From NCBI RefSeq assembly GCF_032191835.1, contig NC_083231.1, positions 91,512,001 through 91,576,000 of the forward strand: a DNA stretch of 64,000 nt. The letters are read 5' to 3'. Position numbers and translations under genes: made by a program. This stretch comes from Heteronotia binoei. Lineage: Eukaryota. Each line of letters opens with the position of its first letter. The first letter of the stretch is position 1. The notes below the pieces were generated by a model that saw nothing but the letters and a program-made list of their open reading frames with translations, did not search any database and was not told the DNA's origin. Shown piece by piece: positions 1 to 11,000 of this stretch.

Positions 1-426
1 TTTGTCTGAACAAAATGTAAATCATGTGTGTGAATGCTCTGTAAAGAATCCTGCTTTTCCACTTTATTACTGAATTCCACCCTGTTCTTCTCTGTCTAGA
101 AAAAGGTAGGATTTGTTGGAACTCTGATTTCTATCTTTTTCTTCTTCTTCTATCACTTGTTGACTGATGTACCCCTTCTCTGTTCTACTGTGTGTAACCA
201 GGTTGCAGGCCAAGGTGATACGATTCTTAATTTCAGAATACAGAAAAGAAAGGTGTCATGTTTTTGAATGCTCTCCCATATAAACCCCATTCTGCCATGA
301 AAGCTTGCTGGGAGGTATGACCAGTCCTATACCCTCAGCCCTCACAGGGCTGTTGCAATACAAGAGGGAAGAATGAGTTTGAGCCACTTTTGGTCTCCCA
401 TTGGGGGGGAAAGGGGTATAAACTGT

Positions 427-492
427 TGTTAGCCGCCCTGAGCCTGCCTAGGCGGGGAGGGCGGGATATAAATAAAATTTATTATTATTATT
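427..492 (+). mobile_element. L2-family LINE 3' tail (stem-loop plus (att)n)
   Basis: gttagccgccctgagcctgcctaggcggggagggcgggatataaataaaattt(att)n is nearly identical to the reverse complement of the 3' end of the long L2 (15453-15505). Confidence 0.85.
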
Positions 493-529
493 AAATATCT
501 ATTTAATTTTTTAAATTACTTCACCCATG

Positions 530-1053
530 TAACAGTCCAGAAATTATGCATAGGATGGAAAAAACTGACAAAGAGAACTCTCCCCCCACCCCCCCAAAAA
601 ACCCACTAGAACTTGAGGGCATCCTATGAAGCTGATAGGTAGTAGATTCAGGATGGACAAAAAATACTTCTTTACACAAAGTGATGAAAATGTGGAATTT
701 GCTGCCAGATGCTGTTGTGATGGCTATAGGAATCAACAGTTTTAAAAGGAAATTAGATAGATTCATGGAGGATAGTTGTACACTAGCCACGGTGATTGAA
801 GGGAACCTCCACATTCAGAAGCACTAAGCCTCTGAGGCTGCTATGTTGTAAGACTTTTGAATTCAATGAGATTTACCTCTGAGTAGACATGCTTAGGCTT
901 GATCTGTAGAACCCATAGCCAGGAGGCAACATGTGAGGATGACCTCATCCTCTTTGCTCTGTGGTTGGCCCTCCAGAGGAACTGGTTGGCCACTGTGTGA
1001 GACAGGATGCTGGACTAGATGGATCATTGGTCTGATCCAGCAGGTCTCTTCTT
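530..1053 (+). mobile_element. CR1 LINE 3' fragment (end of RT ORF and 3' UTR), degenerate
   Basis: Contains aaatacttctttacacaa...tgtggaatt...ttagatagattcatggagga and the terminal tggactagatggatcattggtctgatccagca, typical of reptile CR1 3' ends. Confidence 0.75.
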
Positions 1054-2510
1054 AATCTCCTCAGTTTCTAGCCTCATCCCAAATAGCACCATGACTAAGA
1101 CATAATGGCAAGCCACATAAAGTAGATTTTTCTTCTACTGTGGAAACACTGCAGGTACTCTTCAATACCAGGATTCTTAGGGATCCCTCCTGGGAGGGCT
1201 CCTCATTCATACAGCAGAGTATAATTACTAATCATTAAGGCTGATTGTCATGTATTAGTCAAAGTTGCAGCATCGAGAAGCCACCTGCATGTGCCTTTTA
1301 ATACAGGTTCCACTTTGAACTCCATCTCTCACACCAGTCCACAGGTGAGGTTACCCAGGCTTTCTGACCAAGAGATCTAGATGACCTTGTACCCTAGTTG
1401 ATGTAACCAAAGGGTACATCAACCTCATGAAATGCTGCATCCCCCCCCAAAAAAAAAAAATCCTTGCAAAGGAGTGTAAAGAACAACTCTTGTTGCTGTT
1501 CTTTAAGTCAAGCAAGGGCTACTAAAAGATCAGGGACAAAACAACAAGAGCTCTGGCCAGCACCATGTCCAGCATACTTCTGGATTTAACCATGGAAAGG
1601 TCTATTGAGTCCAGCATTCTATTTCAAGAAGGGACCATCCAGATGCCTTTCAGAAACACAAGCAGGGCCATAAAAGTCATAGTCTTTCCTTGTTATTTAC
1701 ACCATAGCATCATTGGACTACAGCAATGTAGGGATTCAAATTAGGCCGGGGGGTGGGGGCATGCAGTTGGTCCAAATGGATGGGATTTTCAGAAGCACTG
1801 GCAGCCTGCCTACCTCACCACTTTGCACCTTCAAAGCTTTATCTTTTTCAGCAAAGACATGATCAGTTTGGGAATACTTTTTAGCGGAAAGCGGTAACAA
1901 AGCCGATTCCAGGTGGTTGTTGTTTTTTTAAAAAAAGAACAGTTCTTTATCCTTTCCAGATAGGACAAAAGAAAGCTCAAACAAGGTGATTCTTTTACTA
2001 GTGGTTTGTGCATTCGCTCTACGTCCTTGTCTTTCTGGCTGATGAAATATATCTGGGAAAGGGAAGTGGAGAAGGGAACTGTAATGGAGAAGCTACTTTT
2101 GGAGATACAAAAGCCCCTCAGCTGAAAACGAGAGTCAAAAGAGTGGGCAAGCCTGGTGCTTTGTCCCTCTTAAAGGCACAGTACAACCAATCCATTCAAA
2201 TTAGCTCCATAAGGAAGAAAGGAGGATAATAATAGTTTTAAACAAATAAATTTCCCGGAGATTTCAGAGCAATATTAAGGGAGGGCAGCATTTGGGGAGG
2301 AGGAGGAGTTTAGTAGGAATATAGACAGTCCTGAAGCTATCATTTTCTTCAGGGAAAGCTATCGTTTTCTTCTGGAGATCAATTGTAATTCTGGGAGAAC
2401 TTCAGGCCTCACCTGGAGGTAAGCGTGGAAGCGTTCTGAGGCTGCACTCCAAACCCCCAGATTCTGAAGGGTCAGTGTGAGACTAACCCAGAGACTGAAT
2501 TAGGGTTGCC

Positions 2511-3015
2511 TTAAGAACATAAGAGAAGCCATGTTGGATTAGGCCAATGGCCCATCCAGTCCAACACTCTGTGTCACACAGTGGCCAAAACCTCCAGGTG
2601 CCATCAGGAGGTCCATCAGTGGGACCAGGACACTAGAAGCCATCCCACTGTTGCTCCTCCCAAGCACCAACAATACAGAGCATCAGGGGTCATTTTGTAG
2701 AAAAATAGGTGGTGGAGCTCATCCAGGGATTGTTATGCAGCTGCAACTACTATTCAAAGGACAAGGTGGGAAGGAGAAGGTGGAACTCTCAGAAAGGTTC
2801 AGGAGCTGTGCTCCTGTGAGCTCCCACTGAATCTGAGGCCTGCAGAGCATCACTTGCCCCAGACAGAATTCCAACAATACGCTGTGGCTAATAGCCACTG
2901 ATGGACCTCTACTCTATATGTTTATCCAATCCCCTCTTGAAGCTGGCTATACCTGTAGCCGCTGCCACCTCCTGTGGCAGTGAATCCCATGTGTTAATCA
3001 CCCTTTGGGTGAAGA
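2511..3015 (-). mobile_element. CR1 3' fragment inserted just inside the MITE left TIR
   Basis: Starts with taagaacataagagaagccatgttggattaggcc, the reverse complement of the CR1 tail seen on + at 48560-48625. Confidence 0.8.
2684..2842. mobile_element. Short hAT MITE (CAGG ends) inside the CR1 fragment
   Basis: Perfect 8-bp TSD cagagcat (2676-2683, 2843-2850); same family as 20074-20240. Confidence 0.88.
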
Positions 3016-3379
3016 AGTCCAACTCAAGAAATATCTGGGGACTTTGGGGGTGGAACCAGGGGACATTGGGACTGGAGCCAGGAGCAAGGGTGTGATAAGC
3101 ACAATTGAACTCTGAAGAGAGTTCTGGCCATCACATTTAAAGGGACCACACTCCTTTTAAATGCCTTCCCCCCCGAGCCCCAGATTCCCACTGATCAATT
3201 TTCCATTATACCCTATGGGAATTGGTCTCCATAGGGAATAATGGAGTGCCCAGCGGACATTTCTCCCCCCCCCCCCCGCTTTCTGATGACCCTGAAGCAG
3301 GGGGAGGGCTTTCATACTGGGGGATCTCCTGTCCCCACCTGGGAATTGGCAGCCCTAGACTGAATGCATCCCAGAGAGA

Positions 3380-3893
3380 AAATAGGGATTCCAGCCCCCT
3401 GGTCCCAGTGGGGGATACCCTGATTTGGGGAGGGCTTCCCTGTTGCCAGCCAGCTGTCTGTCAGGGGGAAATCCCATCCCAAAATGAGGTTTTTCAGGTC
3501 ACTTCTGGTAAAACTGGAACTAGCCCGAAAACCCAGAAGTACTGCCCTGGAGTAGCCATTTGACTGGGGAAGCAAAATGGACTTCTCAAATGGCTGCAAG
3601 CCATTAGTGGGCTGCAAACCTTTTCAGTATTCAATTTTGCTTCTCTCCCCCTCCCCCGATTAGAAGTGAGGGGACCAAAATTGGCCATGAAGTGGCTGGC
3701 AGCCATTTGAGTGGTCCTTTTCACTCCCCCCTAGGGACCACTCAAATGGCTACCAGCCATTTCCTGTTTTGGGCCACTTCTGGCTTTACTGGAGGTGGTC
3801 CAAAAACATCATTTGGTCCCCTCCCACCCCTGAAACACCCCCCCCCCTCGGCAGAACCCTCCACTGTAAAGATAAGGGGACCTGGCAACTCTA
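3380..3893. mobile_element. MITE with an internal hairpin (GGCAACCCTA-type right end)
   Basis: Right end ggacctggcaactcta; internal words (gtcacttctgg, ccagaagt) shared with other MITEs in the window; left boundary approximate. Confidence 0.6.
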
Positions 3894-3944
3894 AGAGAAA
3901 AACAGTCCAGTCTACTTTGTACTTCCAGTTTACTTCTGTATCAA

Positions 3945-5030
3945 TAGAAGTATAGTGTCCAGATCAAGTGAAGTGATGGTATTGCTTTGCTTTGTTCTGG
4001 TTAGACCTCACCTACAGCATTGTGTTCAGTTTTGGGCACCACAATTTAAGGAGGATATAGACAAGCTGGAGCATGTCTAAAGGAAGGCAACAAAGATGGT
4101 GAGAGGTCTGGAGACCAAGTCCTATGAGGAAAGGTTGAAGGCGCTCGGTATGTTTAGCCTGGAGAGGAGATGATGGAGAAGTGTTATGATCACTGTCTTC
4201 AAGTATTTGAAGAGCTGTCATACAGAGGATGGTGTTTTCTGTTGCTCTAGAAGGTGGGATCAGAGCCAATGGGTTGAAATTAAATCAAAAGTTTTTGACT
4301 AAACGTTAGGAAGAACTTCCTGACAGAGTGGTTCCTCAGTGGAACAGGCTTCCTCGGGAGGTAGTCCTTCTTTGGAGTTTTTTAAAAAGAGGCTTGATGG
4401 CCATCTGACATTAATGCTGATTCTGTGAACTTGGGCAGATCATGAGAAGGAGGGCAGAAAGGGTTGCATCAGTGCTTAGTTCTTGTGGCCCCTTCTTAGA
4501 CACCCAGGGAAATGCTGATTGCCACTTTGGGGTCAGGCAGCAATTTTTCTCCAGGCCAGCTTTGCCATCTTCTGGCCTTGGAGCAGGGGTCACTGGGTGT
4601 GTGTGAAGGGGAGAGCTACTTGTGAATTTCTTGCATTGTGCAGGGGGTTGGACTAGTCAGTCAGTCAGTTCATTTATTGTAATTAGCCATTGGCTGTTAC
4701 AAACCTACAAAAATCTAAAGAAAAAGGAAAGGAAACTGGTAGTTAAAACATGCAAAGTATCGTGTAAGGTATAACAAGGGTATAACGACAGATGCAATAC
4801 AATGGCAATAACAATAAAGATGTAGACATAAATCTAAAAGTTATCCCTTCACATTGCTACCTTGGCACGTATTTTCTTTGCTGCAAGGGCAAAGACTGAA
4901 ACTTTCTGAGAGATATAAGCATAAATATCAGATAAAAGAAACACTATTTTTTCCTCAACTGAATAAGCACTTAGACCTGACAGAATTCAGGGTTGGACTA
5001 GAGGACCCCTTCCAATGCAGTGATTTTATG
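3945..5030 (+). mobile_element. CR1 RT C-terminus and 3' UTR, interrupted at 4657-4989
   Basis: Translates as [56 protein letters not shown], the CR1 RT C-terminus. The tail gggttggactag...cccttcca resumes at 4990. Confidence 0.9.
4657..4989 (-). mobile_element. 5'-truncated RTE-X-like LINE 3' end with (ctga)n tail
   Basis: 12-bp TSD gggttggactag (4645-4656, 4990-5001). Minus strand reads EEKIVFLLSDIYAYISQKVSVFALAAKKIRAK, resembling the ORF ends at 35490 and 61774. AATAAA precedes the (ctga)n tail. Confidence 0.7.
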
Positions 5031-5039
5031 GATACCCTA

Positions 5040-5400
5040 GTACAGGTTAATGTAAATGAAAAAGGTAAGTCCAACTTAAGAAAGCGGTCTATACTCATCT
5101 ATAATGGCTGGGCAGAATTGCTGTCGTAATGATGAGGTACTGCTACAATTTTCATTTTTGTTTTGTTTTGTGGCTATTACTCTAATTTTCCATAAAGAAC
5201 TTCTACCCAAAATTCCAAATACATTTGAACAGCTTATCTGGGGATACGGAAAGGCCTGGCTTCCTAGAACAATAATGAAGTCCTCTAGAAAATTATGTGG
5301 TTTAGCTGTACTATCATTGAAAATATTATCATGTTGGCAAGTTACTGGCAATAGGATATTGGTTTAGAGGACAACAGTTGAGGAGGTATGACATATTGAA
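5040..5400 (+). pseudogene. Degenerate L1/Tx1-like ORF2 fragment
   Basis: FLFCFVAITLIFHKELLPKIPNTFEQLIWGYGKAWLPRTIMKSSRKLCGLAVLSLK resembles the post-RT 'F.W....R.....GGL..P.L' region of L1-clade ORF2. Confidence 0.55.
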
Positions 5401-6422
5401 CTGTTCTTTTTTCATAGTGTGGTGTTGTTCATTGTTTATAGATATTGGTCATTTGTAAATATTTGTTGCTCTTTGGTTACTGTAATATTAAAATATTTGT
5501 TAAAAATTAAAAATACACAAAGGCCACCCCCTCCCCCTCAAAAAAAGAAATACTATTTTTTCTTCACAATATAAATATGGATCTTTCACTGTACATTTAA
5601 AATGACTTCATTCTTTGCCATTCTCAGTTTTGGGGAAGATAATTTAGTCATGCAAAGAATCTTCTCATGGCACCTAGTTTTTGGCCACTGTGTGACCACA
5701 GTGCTGGACTGGATGGGCCACTGGCCTGATCTGTCATGGCTTTTCTTATGTTATCTCTGCAGCAATGGTTGGTCTCTGGCCCTATAAGTTTCAGTTCCTT
5801 ACCAGCAAAAAAACCCCTTCATAGTTTATTTATCTGTTTAATTTAAATCCTGCCTCTCTGGTTTAGAAACAACACCCAAGATAGCTAACAGATATAAAAC
5901 ATCCACATATAATACAACCATCAAATAATTGCATTGTGCATTGCATCAGGTTATTTTAAAGGCAGACAGGGCAGGACTGAACAAGTGGACAAGCTAAGCC
6001 CTGGATGGCAAATCCTCCCCAAGATCCCTCAGGACTTCAGTAGCATTAGAATGGAAAGCTATTTTCAGGGAGCCCAGTTTTTCTACTATTTAAGTTTCAG
6101 AAGAAAAACTCTTGATCCTACTTCCTCTTTGATAAGCAGCCAGCATAGCAATGTTGTTGATCTGTGTTTGTCAGCACTTTAGAGAAGCTGGGGCATCTTT
6201 CGCATCTTTGAATTAATTTCCAAGGAGTTTGCATGTTGTGGTGATTAGTTGCGCATACATGGAAAGCATTCACCTGTCAAATCAGGAACAGCTTCTGTAG
6301 AGGTTTTTGTTTCTTTTTATTCTATGTGATTCGGTGCATTCTGAATTTGTATGTCTTGACAGAGTTGGAACTATATTTATTTGCACTATGTTTCTATACA
6401 GCCTTTTCCTACTCCTCTAAGC

Positions 6423-6998
6423 CAGGGGTGTCAAACATGTGGCATGGGGGCTGAATCAAGCCTCCGGAGGGCTCCTATCAGGCCTCCGAGCGACTGACTG
6501 TCATCTGCTTCTTTTTCTCTCTTACTTCCTTCTGCATTACAGCTTGCTTTGCCAGGTTTGCTCAATTGCACAGGAGCTACAGAGCAAAGCCTCTATTTTC
6601 TCCATTGGCTGAGGCTCCTCCCTTGGGGAGGAAGGGGGAGAGGGATAGCTTGCTTCAAAGGAAGCTCTGGCTCTTTCCTTCCTTCCCCTGGGGACCAGGA
6701 GGGGGAGGAGCCTCAGGCAATAGAAGGAAGAGTGGCTTAGCTCTGTAGCTCTGATGTGCAACTGAGAGAACCTGGATTGCAGGGGAGAAATACAAAGAAA
6801 GCAACTTTAAGACCAGCAAGTGCTAGTGTTTTAAGCATGTTTTATTTTCAGTTTTTAAAAAATCTTTGTTTGTCTGTCCTTTATAAAGTTTATATCTCTG
6901 CTACTTGGCATTACATTTTATGACGCAAAAGGCCCAGCCCAGCAAGGTCTCATTTATGTCATGTCCATCCCTCATAACAAATGAGTTCGACACCCCTG
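6423..6998. mobile_element. hAT MITE (CAGGGGTGTC TIR family)
   Basis: TIRs caggggtgtcaaac / gttcgacacccctg; perfect 8-bp TSD ctctaagc (6415-6422, 6999-7006). Confidence 0.92.
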
Positions 6999-7494
6999 CT
7001 CTAAGCAACATATAATAGAACAAGTAAATGTGCAACATTAATTATAAGGCAACTTCCAATGTTAGTTCCAGTTGCTTAGTGCTAGCAATTGCTCTTAAGC
7101 CAGCAGTGGGATGTGACAACTCCATCTGCCAATCTTGCCCTGGTCTTAATCGGCCAGCCCAGATTTTAAAAAGGTCCTATCAACTGCTGCTTCTGTATTA
7201 GTCAGCCTTGGAAGTTCTTCTGCATTGACAGGAACGCAGTGATGACCATACAAGAGAATTTTTAAACTGGGAAAAGAAATTTAGAGCTAAGTTAAGTAGA
7301 AAGCACCATTTCTGTTGTTTGTTCCTTGGTAAAGTAATTACGTGGATGCAACATCCAAAGTGGGCACAGCCCCAAGTTATTGCTTTTCTGCTAGCTTAAG
7401 AACCATGCCAAATTGTATACAGTAATGTAAAAGAAAATCAATGGCTGCATGAAGGGTGGGGGGGAAGCACTGACATGGAATAAGAGCTGTTTGA

Positions 7495-7510
7495 CCGCCA
7501 GATGGCAGCA
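7495..7510 (+). promoter_or_regulatory. Candidate CTCF-binding motif
   Basis: CCGCCAGATGGCAGCA fits the CTCF core CC(A/G)(C/G)(C/T)AG(A/G)(G/T)GGC(A/G); it lies in non-repetitive DNA 30 bp upstream of the exon acceptor. Confidence 0.55.
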
Positions 7511-7540
7511 CTCGTCTAAGAATGTTTTCTTTTTTCCTAG

Positions 7541-7690
7541 TTCCCGGAGATGAACGACATGATGAGAGAAAAAGTAACGGGGAGGAAAACGGATCTAGCT
7601 TTTTTCCTGATCCAAAATGCTGGCTTGCTCACAGGGTTCACTGCCATACTGCTGATCACCTTGTATGCAGGAAATATTGAACTGGAATAA
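7541..7690 (+). CDS. SLC39A8: Terminal coding exon of the zinc/manganese transporter ZIP8
   Basis: Pyrimidine tract and AG (ttttcttttttcctag) precede an open frame [49 protein letters not shown]. This matches the recalled ZIP8 C-terminus [49 protein letters not shown]. Upstream exons were not found in the window. Confidence 0.96.
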   Translation, partial: FPEMNDMMREKVTGRKTDLAFFLIQNAGLLTGFTAILLITLYAGNIELE

Positions 7691-8867
7691 TATAATCCTG
7701 GAAAGATACCTAGAATATTTTTTAAAAATGGAAGAACTTTTGAAAATCCATAAAGGGACTTTGGAAGACTTCAAAGGGTTTGGTTCAACACCTGATTTTT
7801 CTCAGCACTGGAAACAAAGCCTAAGCGGTTTGTTTGTTTTTTGACAGAGGCTTCATCAACTCCATTTGCAAGAATCCAGTTACTTCTTAAAGGTGTGGAA
7901 GCTCAGACACCCATGAGGGCTCTCCTTTGCCTGCAAGCGTTGCATTGCTCATTCTAATGGAGACATCTATTTTCTTTGCATTCTGACAAATGCAGGAATT
8001 TGGAGTGGGTCCTTTGTGTTTCTAATAGAAAGAAAAATCACCTGTGAGACCTAAACTACAGCAAAGAGAATTCTGCATGCAGATGAAGTGGCATGGGGCA
8101 GTAATGTGCATACGTGACCTGTGATCTAGACCAAAATAAGTATGAATTGGTCGACAAGGACATTTTTACAGAAGAAAATGCTGCCAATCCATAGCCTTGT
8201 TTTCACTGTGATACAAATAGATTTCAAAATAAGTTTAGAATTTTCTTTTTTTTAGAATTTTTTTTTAAAAAAAAACTTGCTTCAGTAAGTTTGCATAAAT
8301 GATGCAAAGATTCCAACTGCTAATTAATCCTCAATTAATTTTACCAAATATTGCCTTTGATCTTTCTTTTTCAGCACATACAGGGGCATATTATAGGAAC
8401 CACATTTTTAAAATAAGTGAAAACTCTTATATTAAAATGCCAACAATTTAATGTATGTATAATGCTGAAAAGGCTTTTTTAAACAAAGGAGGAAAAAAAT
8501 ATTGTGATGTTAACATTACAGTGACAATTCCAAGTTTCCACTTGGTGGAGTGTATATTCAGCACACACGGGCGGCAAAAATAAGATACTGCTGATACAAA
8601 ATCTCCAGGCTTCCAACAAGAAGTTTCAGAGAAGAGAAGCAATGCTTGATGGATTGGATGCCCACTCTAGTGGTTCCTTGATAGGTCTACCAGGCAGTGC
8701 CTGGCAAGCAGCAGCAGGATAGTTGTAGATGGGACTATGGGGGCACAGCATTACATTACATGAGGTACTACATCAAAGAGCAGCTCTAGGAATTACCACT
8801 AATTCTCTGGTTTTACCATAGAGTTTCTGGTGATTCCAAGAGCTGCCCTTTTGTCACTTCTGGTTTG

Positions 8868-9298
8868 GAGGCCATCCCCTCACTTCAGGGTCATCAGAAA
8901 GCGGGGGTGGGGTGGGGAGAGAAGTGTCTGCTGGGTATTTCATTATTCCCTATGGAGACCAATGGGTATAATAGATAATTGGTCTGTGGTTATCTGGGGC
9001 TCGGGGTGGTGGTGGTGGTTTTTTGAGATAGAGGCACCAAATTTGCCGCATAGCATCTGGTGCCTCTCCTGAAAGCACCCTCCAAGTTTCAAAAAGATTT
9101 GGCCTAGGGGTTCAATTCTATGAGCCCTGAAAGTAGGTGCCCCTATCCTTCATTATTTTCAATGAAGAAAAGGCATTTAAAGGTGTGTGGTCCCTTTAAA
9201 TGTGATGGCCAACACTCCCTTTGGAGTTCAACAACATTTCTCCTGGCTCCACCCCCAAAGTCCCCAGATATTTCTTGAACTGGACCTGGCAACCCTAC
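8868..9298 (+). mobile_element. TAGGGTTGCC-family MITE (left end missing) in the putative 3' UTR
   Basis: Collinear with the full copy at 42300-42830; ends in tggacctggcaacccta. Confidence 0.85.
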
Positions 9299-9714
9299 TG
9301 AGAGCCTTTGACCAAAGATGAGGGCTACTGATATGGAGGCCTTAAGCATGCAAAGCCCATGCTGTATGGCTGGCCCTTAACTCCTTTTTATAATATGCAC
9401 AATTTTTATACACAGGTGACTTCTTGCAAAAAGTGCATATTCTTCATGCATTCGTGCCTATAAATCTGATTCTACATTTTGACTGGGTAGGTATTCTCAG
9501 CACAGGCCAATCTTATATTACTTGCACTCCAAAACCTATGTACATGGATTTTTGCAAATTATATTGGCCTGATATTTCAGGCAGAAATAGGAAGGAAATG
9601 CAGGCCATACTTCTCTTTCATTACTACTGCTGTATGGAGGAAGTGCAATATTTATTACAAAATTATATGTATGTTTCCATTATAGTACTAGGAAACTTTT
9701 AACTACTGCTCTAC

Positions 9715-9720
9715 AATAAA
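9715..9720 (+). terminator. Candidate polyadenylation signal (second candidate at 9802-9807)
   Basis: AATAAA followed by GT/T-rich sequence (tgtatgtggtgtt...ttgtcttttt). Confidence 0.45.
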
Positions 9721-10143
9721 TGTATGTGGTGTTCACACTTGTCTTTTTGCCTTTGGATGGAGACTGGACCTTTTCTCATGTTGAAATATTTCCTGTGAAG
9801 CAATAAATTTATATATTAAACATATTAAAACTCTATGGTTTTATTAGAGAGTTTTAGTGAAATGCTAGAGCATACCCTGTGTCACTTCTGGTTTTTACTG
9901 GAAGTGATGCAAGCATATCAGCATACATTAGTCTCCTCCCAACCTCTGAGGCAACCTGAGGCACCAGTGGGTAACAGGAGGGAATGCTGAAAGGTCTCAT
10001 ACTATAGAGGGAGGCCTGGTATCCTGAGTTTTTGTTCATGCAGGTCTCATGTCAAAGGTATTCTCCCCCATGTTTTTCACCAATGGAAAAACTGGCTAGA
10101 TCAAAGCCAGAGTGGTTGAGGGTTTTTTTTTAGGAGATGGTCT

Positions 10144-10441
10144 AGCCCCGTGGCGCAGAGTGTTAATGCTGCAGTACTGCAGTCCTAAGTTCTGCTCATG
10201 ACCTGAGTTCGATCCCCGGTGGAAGCTGGGTTTTCAGGTAGCCGGCTCGAGGTTGACTCAGCCTTCCATCCTTCCGAGGTTGATAAAATGAGTACCCAGC
10301 TTGCTGGGGGGAAAGTGTAGATGATTGGGGAAGGCAATGGCAAACCACCCCATAAGATGTCTTGCCGTGAAAACGTTGTGAAAACAACGGCACCCCAGAG
10401 TCGGAAACGACTGGTGCTTGCACAGGGGACCTTTCCTTTCC
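10144..10441 (+). mobile_element. Sauria SINE, full length
   Basis: tRNA-like head (gtggcgcagag...gagttcgatccc), body ggttgactcagccttccatcc, BovB-like tail and (ctttc)n end; other copies at 61022 and 63289. Confidence 0.9.
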
Positions 10442-10862
10442 CTAGCATTCCACTAAAATTCTATGGTTCTAAGTGACCTAGGGGATGCTCTAGCATTTCA
10501 CTAAAACTGTTTTAAACTTTTCATATACAGATTGTACAAAGATAAATATTTGTTTATTTTCCATTCATTTAATTTGTGAATTTTGTTTTTTTTATTTGTG
10601 TTTACTTCATTTATATGCAGCCTTTCTCTCCGATAGGGACTCAAAATGGATTACATCGTTCCCCTCTCCTCATAACAATCTATAAGGCATTTTAGGCACT
10701 CTCTCTCTCTGTGTGAGTGTGTGAGAGAGACTGGCCCTACGTCATTCAGAAAGCTTTTGTACCTGGATCTCCAAGGTCCTAATGTGACACTTAATCTATA
10801 TACCACACTGCAAATTTAAAATAAGAGTGTATTTTTAAAATGCAGGGCTGCATGCAAAACAA

Positions 10863-11000
10863 AAGCCAGTGTGGTATAGTGGTTAGAGTGGTGGATGAAG
10901 CTTGGGGACACCCAGCTTTGAATCCCATGACTGGATTCTTTGGGGCCAGTCCTCACCTCTCAGGCTATCCTCTCTCAAAGATTGTTATGAGAATAAAATG
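10863..11000 (+). mobile_element. Degenerate tRNA-derived SINE
   Basis: agccagtgtggtatagtggttagagtg (A-box-like)...ctttgaatccc (B-box-like); similar to the SINE heads at 50959 and 53255. Confidence 0.6.

Larger units (their letters stand above)
2501..3357 (+). mobile_element. hAT-type MITE (TAGGGTTGCC TIR family), split by a CR1 fragment
   Basis: TIRs tagggttgcc / ggcagcccta; perfect 8-bp TSD gactgaat (2493-2500, 3358-3365); the MITE body resumes at ~3016 (aagtccaactcaagaaatatctgggg). Confidence 0.9.
7691..9807 (+). other. SLC39A8: Probable SLC39A8 3' UTR
   Basis: AT-rich sequence after the stop codon, running to AATAAA hexamers at 9715-9720 and 9802-9807; the true end is unverified. Confidence 0.5.
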
